From Setoptus koraiensis (Eukaryota; Animalia; Arthropoda), in NCBI GenBank assembly GCA_048013815.1, contig CM106586.1, positions 3,720,001-3,784,000 on the forward strand: a stretch of DNA of 64,000 bases. Direction: 5' to 3'. The position numbers and the translations under genes were made by a program. The notes beneath the pieces were generated by a model. It was given only the letters and a program-made list of their open reading frames with translations. It made no database searches and was not told the origin of the DNA. Shown one piece after another: positions 31,801 through 46,400 of the stretch (position 1 is the first letter of the stretch; every line of letters starts with the position of its first letter).

Positions 31801-34567
31801 AAACGTAGTTAAGCCACGCAAGAGTTCCATCAATGCAGTAGTCGATAGGCTGGTCGGAGCTGTTATTCAAGGACCATCTACCTCGAGTGAGGGTCAAGTA
31901 GTCGGAACATCCCCGTCATCATCGAGTAGCTCAGGAGATTCGTCAAAACCTAATACAGATCATTTGATCACAGGGCAAAATCGTGTAGATTCCTCTACGA
32001 AAGTTGGGCCCTCATCAACAAGTTCTGCGAAAGCTTCCAAATATTCGAGAGCGCCTCCAGATCAGTTTGCCATAAAGCAAGGTAGTTCGGGTCTAAAACT
32101 CACTGTGACCAAAACCAAACCAGCTACACCGCCCTCATCTTCTGTACCTGAAAATGTCAGTAAGATGCTGAATCTTGGAACAACGTCTAGTATCAAATAT
32201 ACTATACCGAAGCTATCAAAAACTCAACAGGCGGCACAATCTTCAATTTCCAATCAGGCTACATCCTCAGACCAAGGTTCATCTCAAACGAATTCCTCCG
32301 ATAGTAACTCTACCACTGTTGCGAGCATTCTCGCATCAACTTCCACCTCTTTGCCAAGTTCTACAACAGTAGGTGGGCCTACCAGAAAGAATCCTGCTAT
32401 GTCTTTCAGAGCCACTGGTCCCGGAAGTATGGTGAGAAATCCAGTCAGCAGCTCCACTCACCCAACCAATAAATCTTTACTGAGTTCTCAGACTACAGTC
32501 AACACATTGCTGAATAGACCTAGTTCGTCTGTGCAACCAGACAGTATAAATCTACAAAGGATCTCTAGTAGTAGCAATGTTAGTCATCCACAACAAATGT
32601 TAGCGCAGCAAGGAAACCGCCAGAATCCTAGATTCAATGTTCCAACTCCATTGGGTCAAAATAGGTTTGTGACAACAATAATTACGCCAAATGCTGCCCC
32701 CCAGTTTCCTACAAATTCTTCCAATGTGATGGCTTGTCAACCTGAAATCACGACATATACACCCGTTCAATCAAATATAAACGTTCGTCCGCCAAACAAA
32801 TTTATGTCGACTTCTACAACTGACTCAAATAACATAACATCTTCGCGATCTCACATAAGCAATCATCAATCAAACTTATCTAGCACCTCATCTGTGGTCA
32901 ATTTTACGCCTCGTGCTGCTAGTGACTCTACTCAAGCCTCAGCTATATCAAGACCATCTACTGGAGTTAGTGGACCAGTGCAGTTCTACATTCGCCAATC
33001 ATCATTCGAAGAAACCACACCAACATCCCAAACATTACCTCCGACAGATCATATCAATGCACCAAGAATGGTAGTGTCCACTATTTCTCATTCAACTACA
33101 AGAGATGAGTTAGACTCTGCCATGAAATCAAACATTTCAACATTATCTATGATGCCAAATACTATAGGAAGGGTGCAAGAAGGCTTCAACAACGACATTG
33201 TCGATCAATCATCGCAGGATGACAAATCAACCGGCAATTTGAAGTCTATTAATGATAAGATGATCGAGTCTCCTGTGCGCCCAGCTAGTGGAGTCACGAG
33301 TAGTAGTGATGTACCTAAATCTGCAATAAGTAGTACCCCGTCTTCACCTGCGGATTCTCATCAACAAATAGAGGTTCTGCCTCCACCACCACTGATTCCT
33401 ATAGACTCGCTGGACGATGATCAGCCGCCCAGGGATTCTATTGCTAGTAGCGACAACGATGCAAGTGATCGGCTTAGTATAGTTGATATTAACGAAGCTG
33501 TTGCAGATAGTATTAGTAGTGCGGGAACACCTAGACCTTACTCAATCAGCGAGATGACATCGCCCGCTGGAGCTGAGCAAAGCATACAGCCTTCCATGGC
33601 TGGCGATCCTCCTAGCCATGTAAGTGGGTCTGAACAGGCCTGCCCAGTTAGAAATCATTATGATGGTGAAGTTGTTGAAGGTACATCAGAAATTGTAGAT
33701 CGCAGCAACCAACTCGACAAGCCGGAAGTCGAAACTTCCCGTGATATTGTCAGTTGTTTTCTAGATGAAGTACAAGACGAAAGGTCACAAGTGCCTGATA
33801 ATGCTTATCCTGTGCAGCATCAAGCTGTGAATTCTGGCCAGGAAGACTCAGAATATTCTAGTGTTACTAATCAAGAGCAAAATGAATTTTCGGAAAAAAC
33901 TCGAGTGACTGTTACTAATCCAGAGAGTTCTGTGTCGAAAACCGCCACACCTTCGAGTCCGAGCGAGCCTTCCAGAACAAGTGATATCCAAACCCAGAAT
34001 AAAACACTCAACGCATTGCGTGGAATAAGCTCCTATAACGCTGACAGCGAAGGAACAAGTAGTTCTACTGAGGGTACCCCCACAAACAAATCGCCCGATC
34101 AAGAGCTGGATAATGACTTTTGCAAAGTGCCAAACATCATCAACACTGATGTTTCAGCTTCTGCGATGCAAGTTGACTCGTTTTCTGCCACACCATCTAC
34201 AACAGAGTCTTACAACAGAGGAACAGATCAATTCGATAATTTTAGTGCTGACAGGTTTCTTGACAATCAGCAAATGCCTCTTCCAAATCAATATGGACAC
34301 TCCTCGGAGGCGCAATCAGCATCTCGCGAACCCAATATTCTTTCAGATCCACCTGTAGCAAATACAATCAAGGATATAGCCCATGAGAATCTAACTTTGT
34401 CATCGACTGTTTCAACTCAATCAAATAATGGACCGATGGATGAAATATCTCAAACAGCTAATGAGACTTCGAATCAAGGAATAATATCAAACTCGGACTC
34501 TAATGCGATATCTACAAATGAATCAAACGCTGATATTATCAGCGAGCAATCACCTAGTTCGGTTTAA
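28831..34567 (+). CDS. MED1: Mediator subunit 1; exons 28831-29192, 29369-29526, 29611-31575, 31683-34567 (~1790 aa)
   Basis: FISTDMFYIEI, HLEGFASIYQL, LHRSPVGVLEPRKGGLPVKMTYFISPYDL, IPFTHPTNIPSILKLLRQQALFN, FEHP...SLATLEI, then a long Ser/Thr-rich disordered tail. Three phase-compatible GT-AG introns. Confidence 0.9.
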
Positions 34568-34868
34568 TTAAATATAAACAAAACAAGATCGATCAATAAA
34601 TCTTGAGTTTTGATAGTTGTTGAGTTTGGTAGTTGTTGAGTTCTTGATTTCAGCCTAAACGCTAACTTGTGTGTCATAGCTTGATGTTGGGCAGTGTTGA
34701 TTTCACAGTTGTTTTTAATATCCTTAATGACTTGGTTTCAAAAACTCCTAGAATCTATTCCAATATTTTACACTAATCACAAACTAAACTGATGCAATCA
34801 AGTGTTTGAGTTAGAGTGCACTATTTAGTTTAAATTTCAGAAGATAGCTAAGTTGAACCTGGTTTAAT

Positions 34869-37087
34869 TTAGTATCCACCTGACAAAGCCTTCTTTGAGC
34901 TTCCGCGGCTTCTCGAACCGTATCCGCTTGATGATGATCCTCCGTAACCAGCTGATCCTGAAGCTGATCCGTAACCGCTTGAGGAAGAACCTCCGTAACC
35001 ACCCATCGATGATCCACGGCTAGATCCACCGTATCCTCCTTGGCTTCCAGATGAGGCACCTCCGTAACCTCCTGATGATGAACCTCCGTAACCGCCTTGG
35101 CTAGGGGCAGCGGCTCCGTAACCACCCATCGATGATGAACCTCCGTAACCGCCTTGGCTTGGGGCTGGGGCGGCAGCACCGTAACCTCCAGATGACGAAC
35201 CTCCGTAACCGCCTTGGCTTGGGGCTGGGGCGGCAGCACCGTAACCTCCAGATGACGAACCTCCGTAACCGCCTTGGCTAGGGGCAGCAGCTCCGTAACC
35301 TCCTTGGCTTCCGGATGAGGCACCTCCGTAACCTCCTGATGATGAACCTCCGTATCCTCCAGCGCTCATTTGGGTTTGAGCGGCAGCACCGTAACCTCCT
35401 GATGATGAACCTCCGTAACCGCCTTGGCTAGGGGCAGCAGCTCCGTAACCTCCTTGGCTTCCGGATGAAGCTCCTCCGTAACCGCCTGATGACGAACCTC
35501 CGTAACCGCCTTGGCTTGGGGCAGCAGCTCCGTAACCACCTTGGCTTCCGGATGAAGCTCCTCCGTAACCGCCTGATGACGAACCTCCGTAACCGCCTTG
35601 GCTTGGGGCTGGGGCGGCAGCACCGTAACCTCCTGATGATGAACCTCCGTATCCTCCTTGGCTAGGGGCAGGGGCGGCAGCACCGTAACCTCCTGATGAT
35701 GAACCTCCGTATCCTCCTTGGCTTGGGGCTGGGGCGGCAGCACCGTAACCTCCAGATGACGAACCTCCGTAACCGCCTTGGCTAGGGGCAGCAGCTCCGT
35801 AACCACCTTGGCTTCCTGATGAAGCTCCTCCGTAACCTCCAGCTGAGGCACCATATCCGCTTTGACTAGATCCTGCTGATGAACCGCCGTATTGTGATTC
35901 TTCCTCAGATTTTTGGATTATCTATATTGTTAACGATTCGGTTTTAAATATTGAATGAAAAATATATTATGACCAAATTAGAAACATTGATTCCAAACTC
36001 TCTAAATCATTAGATTTCTTACGGTTAATAAATTACTTACGATGACTGGGATGACTGGAGAGTCGTCTTTTCCGTGTCCTGAAGCAGCTCCGCCGTAGCC
36101 TCCTTGGCTTGGGGCAGCAGCACCGTAACCGGAGCTAGAGCCAGAGCTTGAACCGTAACCAGAGCTAGAACCAGAGCTTGAACCGTAACCTTGGCTTGGG
36201 GCAGCAGCACCGTATCCAGACTCCTCTGCGGCACCTCCGTAACTTTGTTCGGCAGGAGCAGCGCCTCCGTAACCTCCTTGGCTTGGGGCAGCAGCACCGT
36301 AACCAGAGCTAGAACCAGAGCTTGAACCGTAACCTTGGCTTGGGGCAGCAGCACCGTATCCAGAGCTAGAGCCAGAGCTTGAACCGTAACCTTGGCTTGG
36401 GGCAGCAGCACCGTAACCAGAGCTAGAACCAGAGCTTGAACCGTAACCTCCTGATGAGGCACCAGAGCTTGATCCGTAACCACCTGATGAGGCTTTAGCG
36501 GTCTTGACTGGGATGACTGGCAAGTACAAGACTTTGTAGCTTGCACGACGGGCCTATCACAAGCAAAGTAGTAGATGGGTGATTTGTAAATATAATTAAT
36601 TATTATTTTGTCTTTCTATTATTGAGCGTCGATAGCAGCCTTTAAGTTTTTGAACTCACATCTGAAGCTCCGTTTCCGTAACCTCCTTGGCTACCGGATG
36701 AGGCACCTCCGTAACCTCCTTGGCTTGGGGCAGCAGCTCCGTAACCACCTTGGCTTCCGGATGAAGCACCTCCGTAACCTCCTTGGCTACCTCCGTATCC
36801 TCCAGCGCTCATTTGGGTTTGAGCGGCACCACCATATCCTCCTTGGCTACCGCCATATCCTCCTTGGCTACCTCCATATCCTCCAGCGCTCATTTGGGTT
36901 TGAGCGGCACCACCATAACCTCCTTGGCTACCTCCATAGCCACGGGCAATGGTGCTTGGGATATATACGGCAATGCATAAGCACAAGACTGCAGCCTGTT
37001 GATATCAATGAAAATGGTTGTGTGTTAGTAGTTGTAAAGGAATGTAATGAGTGTAGTTAGTTTAACTGAAAATATCTCTCTGATCAT
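34869..37087 (-). CDS. Secreted glycine/serine/tyrosine-rich repetitive structural (cuticle/cement-like) protein; exons ~37087-37067, 36995-36660, 36553-36041, 35921-34869 (~640 aa)
   Basis: Signal peptide MIREIFSAAVLCLCIAVYIPSTIA; GGYG, GYGAAAP(AP)SQ and SSSGGYG repeats; all introns phase 0. The exon 1 donor (gttaaa) is weak, so exon 1 is less certain. Confidence 0.8.
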
Positions 37088-37162
37088 CAAGATGGTTTGG
37101 ATTTTGAATTTATGAGTGTAGATAGATGGTGAAGTACAGCATATATGGATTATTTTGAAGCG

Positions 37163-37189
37163 ACTAAGCCGCGGACTAAACTTTTTATA
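37163..37189 (-). promoter_or_regulatory. TATA box (TATAAAA) and TTAGT initiator-like element for the Gly-rich gene
   Basis: Minus-strand TATAAAA at 37189-37183 and TTAGT at 37167-37163, ~80 nt upstream of the proposed ATG. Confidence 0.5.
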
Positions 37190-38727
37190 AACTTGTGTAT
37201 GGTCTGATCTATGGTCTATCTACATCTATCGCTACATGTAACTGATTGTGTCTTGGTGACTGTGCTCAACTACCTATCGCTGCGCCTATCTGACAGTCGC
37301 TAGAGTGCCGCTGTTGCTTTTGCACTATATCAACTTAAAGTTGAAGGTTAACAATCTGTGACAGCTCTCTTTCTCTGGTTGCATTGATAGAGGCTCTAAA
37401 ATAGTAAATGGTTGTTGGTTTAGTTTGTCGGATATCTTGTAACAATGCTACATAGTGATGTTATTGTGATGGTTGTTTTTGTGTCTTGGTCGCTGGTGTG
37501 TTATGAATCATTGAAGCTATGTGTTTGTTTGGCATTTGTTCGCATTCTACAAATTATATAGTTTCGTTAGCTGGATAAACTGTATTTAGCTGAATGTATG
37601 AGTGTGTTCGTGTGTGTTTATTTTGTTTGCGCTGACTTGAGAGTGTTGCTGACGATGAATTGTTGAGATTTGAGTGAGAGTTAGAGCACTATGCCGACAA
37701 TTAGATGGCCTCATGAGCAAGATGCAGCGTGTGATTGCGCCAAAATTTGCTGATGCTGGCCAACTGTGAGCAATCTATCGGATAGAGAGGTACAGACATG
37801 GATAGAGATAGATGGAGCGAGAGAGTGTGTGTTAAACTTACAAATTTCATCTTGTTGGTTGTTAGTAACTTTGAGTGATGTTTATAAAAACAATAATTTG
37901 AGATATTGGCAAGGTTGAATTGGTGGCACTTTTAGCGACGTAACAATATTACTTCTCTGATACTTGAAATGCCTTGTTGCTTGTAACAAGACAATTTTCG
38001 TTTTGCTGATGTCTAGAGAGAATGGCGCCACTATTTATATTAGTTGTATTTATCGAATTAAAGCCGAGTTATGGCTGGCCTGGCGCTGGCCAGCGTAGTA
38101 TCGCCAGCGAAGAGTGTACGCAAGCCAACGGTAGGGGTAGCAGTTAAGGTGTTGATGTAGTTGGCTGTTGTTTCCAAAGTGCTCCGCTTTCGGCTTTAGG
38201 CTGCCTACACCAGCCTGTACATCGGGCCGCTATTGGCCAGATGAACTGGCCAGAAGGCGGCGCGAAAATTGTTCCACGGTTATATATATAAATATATATA
38301 TATATACATATGCTTTATCTCGCAAGCTAAACTCGCCAAGCCAAACTGGACTCGCGGATCCATTTGCAACACAAGCGGATTCGTTGGCAAGGCAAGCGGA
38401 TTCGTTGGTAATACTGGCGGGTTCGTTCGCAATGGTGGCCCCCTTTTTGTTTCGCTCACTTTCGCTCTCTGTGTGTCCCTAATGTCGTGCTGTTTATTAC
38501 GAGACTGTGTGTGTGTGTGTGTGTGTGCGTTTCCCCCAGAGCGACGGCATGACCACCGTGCTCATCGTGTTGTTGTCATGCACACACATTACGCACACTA
38601 CACTTGTGAGCGTACAGTCGCTTTAGTGCAGTGTGCGCTCAACCTGTTGGGCAGCAGCCGGCACAACGAGGGACACCACTGGCCACGGGTGGATAGTGGC
38701 TACAGTTCGACGGGCTCAGCGAACTTG

Positions 38728-38763
<36 letters not shown>

Positions 38764-39523
38764 GCCAGCGAACGAAAGGCGCCAAATGATGAAACTTGAC
38801 TCTGTGCGCTTGCGCCCGCTTACACAGATGCAATTATACTGGCTGGCTTGTTATTCTATATAAATTTTGCCCCCCCTGTCGCACATTCCATGGCGATTCA
38901 TTTGGTGGCGAGGGAAAGTGCATCTGAGCTGAAAGTGAATTAGACGACAGCGCACAAATTCGTCGTCTTGTACTTCAACTGTAATTCACTTGTGTGTGCG
39001 TCTACATTACATTGACCATAATACCTGGCAGCGGTATCACCTCTTGCTAGCCCCCTCCAGCCTGGCACCCCCTCCCGTCCCCCTCCAACGGCCCCGTGTG
39101 TTCTACTAGTTCTACACAGTGTGCAGCGAACAACAAGCACGCGATTGCTGCTGGCCGGTCTCAACTCACTCCTGTGAATCACTCACAATGTGAGTGAGTC
39201 TTCGCCTCGGTCTAGCCAACTCACAACTCATCGTCGTCACCCTGGTTGCCACACGACCCCCGCCATTTTGTCCGCCAATGAATGTCTAGTTGTTATTGCA
39301 TCACTAACTAAGGCGAGCCGCCCCCCTGCCCCCCCCCCTCCATCACACACGGCCCCCGTTTCACCCCTCAACTGGACCAGCACACTTCGGCTGTTCCAAC
39401 GATCACTGACAAGATATATATATCAGCCTATTTGGTGCAGCTTAAGCAGAGCGAATATTCACATGGTCTTGTATAATCCGGCGACTTAACTTTCATTATC
39501 GCTCTCTATCTGATATCTATATA

Positions 39524-39604
39524 TATTTGTATGAATATATATTTGTATGAATATATATTTGTATGAATATATATTTGTATGAATATATATATATATATAT
39601 ATAT
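39524..39604. repeat. 16-bp tandem repeat (ATATATTTGTATGAAT)x4 running into (TA)n
   Basis: Read directly. Confidence 0.85.
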
Positions 39605-41867
39605 CAATATATATGCTCATATGTCGCGACTATACACGACAGCTTTCATATAATCATATAAGGCTCACACAATAACGCAAGCGGGCGACTGTCATTGCCT
39701 AATCTATTGGATTGGCATGGATTCTCAGAGATTTATAATTTATGTTGCTGTTGTTGCGACTTGTACAACAACCTAAACAACAACAGCCAGTGAGATAAAG
39801 GATAAGACATTTCGAGCAAGGTATCGAGATCGAGAGTAACATTAATGCCATCACTTTATAATGTCTACTTGTGTCCAGCAGGCAACGACAGCTAGAGAAG
39901 AAGAAGAAGAAGGAGAAGGAGAGGGAGAAAAAACAGTATATACCAACGGCAACAATATTAAAAAAGAACAAAAATAATAATAATAATCACTTTCATTCGG
40001 CTTACATGAGCAACTAAACGAAAAGTGCCTGGATTAAATGCAAACGACACAACCGCTCCCATTGGCTCTACTGGTTGTGTAACTCGCTGGCTTTTTTAAT
40101 TAATGAGGATCGCGCAGGTGAATTTTCTTTTCTCGACCAGTTAGTGTTGGAATTAGTGTTAGAGAGCAAGTGTGAGAGCAAGTGTGAGAGTTAATGTGAG
40201 AGTCAATGTAAGAGTCAATGTAAGAGAACCAGAGCAAAACACACACACACACACACAATGCTAATGAATTTGTCCCTCGCCTCTTCTCGCCACCAATCTG
40301 GTCTGTTAATTGGTTGCAACCATCTAAATTGACGTAATTCTTACTTCTCTTAGGTCCATGTAGGTGTAATCACCTCGGTTGACAACCTAATACAGTGCCC
40401 AGAGAATGCACACACAAAAAACAAACAACCCAACGGTTTTACAATGGCTTCATGTGCGCCTCTCCAAGGTGACACCATCTCGGCTGCAAGCTGATACCCG
40501 GTCCACCTTTCGTCGGCACAACAACAGGTTGTAAAACGGACAAAGGATAACGAGTGCGTTTTTAGATCAATTTATTATGCAAAACAACGACGAAATAATA
40601 GACGCTTTTAGCCTTTAACTGTGCATGTACGTTCTCTTATTTTAATAGATGTATGTTTGTTTTAAGCTCGGCGAGCCAAATAGCCAGCCCAAAGTTGTTG
40701 TTGTTGCTGTTGTTTTGACTGTCGCAAATAATAATTCCATTAAGAGCGCGGGGCGAAACATGGCGAAATTTTCCTTTGATTTCGCTTGGCTTGAATGCAA
40801 AAATCATCGTTATCACCTTGGTATATCACCCATCGACCGCAATACATAGCGAGAGAAGAGGATCAGAGGAAAGAAGATCAAGAAGATGATTAGAGAGGCA
40901 AACTCTGTGAAATCAGTTTAGATAAAAAGCTCTCTCTCTCGCTCTCGTGAGCGTGAGCAAAGAGCGAGCGTGTGACCTAGAGATTGTGCAAATGAATTGA
41001 TCAGGATTCTTCGTTTCGTTTCGATTTCGTTTTATGATTATTATCGCTAGCACTACTGTTGCTGAGTAGCCAGTGTGTGTTGTTGTCGTTGCTGTTTCTG
41101 ATATAACAACTTTCCTTTATTATTATTATTATTTCCCTTGTTACTTGAACTTTGTTTTATTTTTTACAACACACAAACACACTCTGGTGTCTGCCATACC
41201 TAATTAATGGATTAAATGAATTGATTCAATTTATTTCATGACAGATCCATTAAACAATATTCCTCTTGAACTTTGGCAACACTCACGCTCTGTACAGATA
41301 CACTGGCTGTCTGGCTGGACACAATGTCAGACGATCTATCGGCAGTAAGGCCAGCCCGTTATCGGCCATTCTTCGACGCATACCTAATGGATACACATAC
41401 CTACTAGATGCACATACATGTGTATCTAGTACACATTATACACAATTAGGGGCGCCTTTTGACGAGGCAATTAGGCGCATTGTGATATCGCCGTTGTGTG
41501 TCCGAGCCGAAAGCCGAGAATTGTTTGTTCCGCTTGTTTGGCCCGGCGTCGTCGTCACCGAACAGGCCCATCAATCTTCATTAGAGCAGTTTGGTCCCCC
41601 TCTCGGTCTCTCTATCTCGCCAGGTTCGCAACGTCAGCTAGGCGGCACAGCGAGAGAGCACCGAAAGAAACAAAAAGGAAGTCGCGTTCGGCACCGTTAG
41701 TGGCGATTGTGCAATGGCTGCAGTGTAGATGATGCCGACTTTTTCTCAACATTCTCTTGATAGCTCACATCGGAAACGGGCCAGCAAAACGGAGTCGGCG
41801 GCGCAATTACGGCCAGCTAGCCGTCTAATTGACCGCACACACACACTCGCTTTTGGTCATTATTGTA

Positions 41868-41912
<45 letters not shown>

Positions 41913-44509
41913 CAGCCAAGTTGATCTCAAATTTATGAGTTGTCATCCTTGCAACTGTTACTATGGCAGCACCGGCGGTTAGGCAATATTAACACTCCAT
42001 TTCTATCTAGCAAGCGTACACAACTTTTCAGCTAGCTCGCGTGACGCAACAACAGCCACAACAAAGGACGCCCAACAGCTGCTGTGGTCAGCCGGCCGGC
42101 CGGGCCATTCATAAACTGCCATTCAATTGACAATTGTCCCGTCCTGTCCGCTCGCTCTGCCTGTCCGTTTGTCGTGATCATCGTGATGCTAAACTGACCA
42201 CTGGCAGCAGGCGCCACAGACACCAAACTAGCAGCACGCTCTCACTAAACGGCGAGCTGGCCGGCCGGCGCCCATCAATTATTGTTCAATTATCTTTGAC
42301 TCCTTTGACACCGGCACCAACAGGAGCGACGCCAAAACCTCAGCGACACTGCGAGCCGGCCGAGTGGCGCTCGCTCTCACTTCCTATTGGCTCAATTCCT
42401 GGACGACGACTCGCCGCTCGACGGCTCGCCACTCGACGGCTCAATGGCGCACACCACTGACAATGCCGGCCCAAGATCAGTGGATGTCGGCGGGATTGTG
42501 TTGTCCGAGACGCTGCTCGAGCGGTGAATTTGGGCAACTCGATGACAGCGCCCCGGTGTGAGTGTGTGCCCGATTTGCAAAGTGCCAGCCGGCTGAATAT
42601 CGCAGTCGCTCGCCAGTCACGCCGAAATTCTCTCACCTGTCAACTTGTTTGCCTTCGCTGATGGCCGGCTAATCATCGGCGGCTGCGGACTTTGTTTCAT
42701 TATCATAATAACAGCGCTTGCGGTGGCCGACGCAAAACGCGTCCACCTTGTGCCTGCGAGTGTCTTAAATGGCGACCCGACGACATGACAAACTGGATAT
42801 CGTCATAATGCCGCTAATGTGAATAATGTGCGCTTTATGCGCGAATTACACGAATAATGATTTGTTGCCCTCCCGCTTCTTCTCGTCTGTTTATCTGGGC
42901 CAGATCTGGCTGGCGCTGGCGGATCTTGTCAGCTCTGGCGACGCTGGCTGGCTCTGGGTGGATCGAGCGCCGCGCGTACCCACCACACGAACAGCGCCTG
43001 GCCGGGCTCAGGGCTGATCTGTGAACGGATCAAATGGAATATCAATTACTTTTATTATTGGAGCTCGCATTGTGTGTGTGTGTGCGTTACATTTTGGAAT
43101 TTTCATCACTGGCTGTTTATGGAAAAGGTTGGCCATTCAATAGAATTATATTATTCAATTGAGCGAGTCAAGCCGAGCTGGGCCGAGTGCGAGCCAGCAA
43201 CAGATCGGCCTGACAAGGAGCAGGGAGCCGGCTCGAGGAAGAAGGGCAACTCCTTAAGGAAACATCATCTTTGAGTTTTCGTTTGTTTGTTGTTACACTT
43301 GTTCATTCATTGTAAATAACAACGGCAACGGCAGCAACAACAACAACACACAAAACAAAAAAAGAATCGACTACCACTCACTCCGTTTCAGCGATAGGGG
43401 CGCAGCAATCAAATGTAGAGGTGTAGGCAGGCGACTTTTGTTGTTTATTGGCTGTTCTGTTTCTATATCTTTTACGAATATTCACGGGGGCTAGCCAGTG
43501 GCCATTTAGGCATTGCATTAGGCAAAGAGTTTAGCCTCATCTATCAGCATGGCGCAATGGCAAGACTGTCTCTCTCTTTCTCTCTCATCAATTATCATTT
43601 AGCCGGTGTGTGTGTGTGTGTGTGCCCTAATTGAGCACTCTTCTTCCACTACCACCACCACCGCCACTACAACTACTACTTGTGCCAACTAGCAACTACT
43701 TGAAAGATTTAGTGCGATAAAGTTGTTGCCTGTTGCCATTTGCTAAAAGTTACTCACTTTCACTTGAGATGTAGTTATTCCAATGAGCTGCCTCCCTTAC
43801 TCTCGTTTTACTGCGTGCAACGGTCAATTAGTTGCCTTTGCTCTACCATCACATCTACCACTACAATTAAAATGATAAGTAGCTTGACCAGAGCTCGACT
43901 GGACAGCGAGCTGGCCGACTGGCCGGCTGGCCGGCTGGCCGAATCTCTGGTCGAGCGAGAGCAAAGGGCTGCCAGTCGGAGCGGGCCAAGTAGTTTCTGA
44001 TCTCTCACTCAATGTTCTGTGATCTCTTTTCTCTCTTCCTGTGTACAAATATTACCAACAGCAGACCGGACAGACCAATGGCGAGAGCGAGAGCAGTCAG
44101 AGCAAACGAAAGTGGTTGTCGTCGTTAGCCTGGCGATGATGACAACAAATGGATGAAAAATCCAGAGTCGTCGATGATGTCTGGTCAAATTGTTTTTATA
44201 CGGTGCAGCTCTCGGCGTCGCTGGCCGATAGTGGATATTGCTGCTCGCCGGATTGGATGTTTGCTGTTCATGTATGCTGTTTGTTTGTATGGCGAGTCGC
44301 TCACTTGTTTGCGACTGGCCATTCGCTATTCGCTATCGGCATCAAGTCGCGGTCATCATTAATCAAGTCATGTAATTTCTATCAGTGGTCATATTTAGTG
44401 GCTCAACTAGTTTCAGTCGCAGCCAACTGGCAACTGCCAGTTGGCAATTTGTGACTCGCAGTGCTCGATCCTCAATAGCCCCTCACTCAATCTCATCAAT
44501 GTTGAGAGC

Positions 44510-44529
44510 AACAACGACAGCGACAACGA

Positions 44530-44628
<99 letters not shown>
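44510..44628. repeat. (AACGAC)n grading into (AAC)n compound microsatellite
   Basis: Read directly; it generates spurious homopolymer ORFs in all frames. Confidence 0.92.
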
Positions 44629-46317
44629 CTGTCTGTCTGTGTTGCTCAAGAGGGGAAGTCGGCGGATACGGTCTGGCCGGCAGACTGGACAACCAGAGGA
44701 GAGGAAAGAGTTGCACCGTCACAACGGTTATAATGGCAAATAAATGGTTGGTCGCGCCAGTCAGGGCGACAAACGGAGGAAGGGCGAAACAGGTAATCGG
44801 GTTGGTATTTATTGAAATTATTATTATTATTATTTATTTTCCAAATGATACGACGGCGACTACGGCTACGATAACATTGTTTCCATCCAATATCAGACCA
44901 ATAATAAAGTGTCAATAGAGTGGTTGCATAATTGTAGCTCACTCTGATATTTTGCTCGCCGCTTGCTGTCTGGCCATGGCATTAGAGCTGAGTTTTGTAC
45001 AGCGACCATTCCCACCTTCCTACAAGTCACCTCATTATCTAGATGATATGATTCGTCTCGTAAACATCTACATCTATATCGATGACAGCGGCAGCAACAC
45101 TAGTGCCACCAACAATAACCAGCAGCAACTGTTTCCTGGCTGTCAGCTCAACAGTACTCTCTGACAGACTGACTGGCTGGCTGGCTGGCTGGCTGGCTAT
45201 CGAGTATCAGCTATCAGCGACACTATCATGCAATTATCATCACCGCCAGATAATATCAAACAACAACAACATACAAGGCACACTACGCAGGTAACCTTGA
45301 GCAGCAGCAGCTTGCAATCTAAACGTCAACAGGCGACAACACAACAGCAACGGCCAGCAACAGCAACGTTGGCTATTTTCAGTCGCCCACAACGCTGGCT
45401 GGCAAGACCATTGACAAGATCTCATTACGAAATCGATCGCCTGTTGTCGCTGTTGTTGTTGTTTAGATTGCAAGCCGCTATCTGGCGGTTGTTTGGTTGT
45501 CGATCAAGTTAACGATGGCTATCATCAGTGGCACATTAGCTTATCAAGTCGGCAGCTAGAGGTCAAGATTGATTTGTCAGGTCCTTGGCTCATTATCGAG
45601 CTGTCAACGATTATGACACGTACTTATTTTTAATTGGACCCTTTCCATCACACACACACACACACACTCGCTACTCGAGCAACTGTGGCGCCAGTGTCTT
45701 TGTCTTTGAGTTGACTTGCGTCAACTTTTGTTATTCGCTTATCATCGAGAGGATATTTTGTTTTGTTATTGTTGTTGACGCCGCTGTTATTATATCAAGC
45801 GAATATCTTTATTGCACAATGATCACAATCAACACTGTCACTTCTGCTTGCTCTCTATCTAATATGTCAAAAGTGACACATCACATGGCCGACAAGGCAG
45901 CCTTACGAAAGGTGCGGCAAGGCATGCAAAAAGTGTATGAGAGACAACGGACCAGCAGCAACGGTTACACGATATTCAGCTTTTGTCCTTGCAATAATTG
46001 TTCAATGGCGACGGTACGACGACGGCTCGACAACTAAATGATGTTGAAACATATCTCTACCCGATTTGAGAGTATATCTCTCTCCCTAAGAGTGTGGTCA
46101 GACGATTGCTTTGAGGGCACAATTCAATCACACACACACAATGATTGATTACCAGCAAGGCGAGTAGGCGTTCGCCGGCCAAACTAATCAATTAGCGACT
46201 CTCTCTCACCTGGCGTTCGGCCCCACTACCTGTTCATTGTCTATTGGCCACACTAGACTAGCAATGGTTGCATAACGGGCATGTTTTGACCACACACTCG
46301 AGTCACACATTAGCCTA

Positions 46318-46321
46318 CCGT

Positions 46322-46362
<41 letters not shown>

Positions 46363-46400
46363 TCGTCATCGTCATCGTCATCGTCAGCGCCAGCGCCAGC
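46318..46400. repeat. (GTC)n/(GTCATC)n compound microsatellite
   Basis: Read directly. Confidence 0.85.

Noticed and set aside
34811-37060. Alternative-frame and antisense ORFs (EVTE.../LRNRL... repeats) over the Gly-rich gene
   Set aside because: By-products of stop-free GGYG repeat codons; only the Gly-rich frame has a signal peptide and consistent splice phases.
38022-38147. 41-aa ORF with a signal-peptide-like start (MAPLFILVVFIELKPSYG)
   Set aside because: No recognisable mature peptide, cleavage sites or promoter; indistinguishable from chance without expression data.
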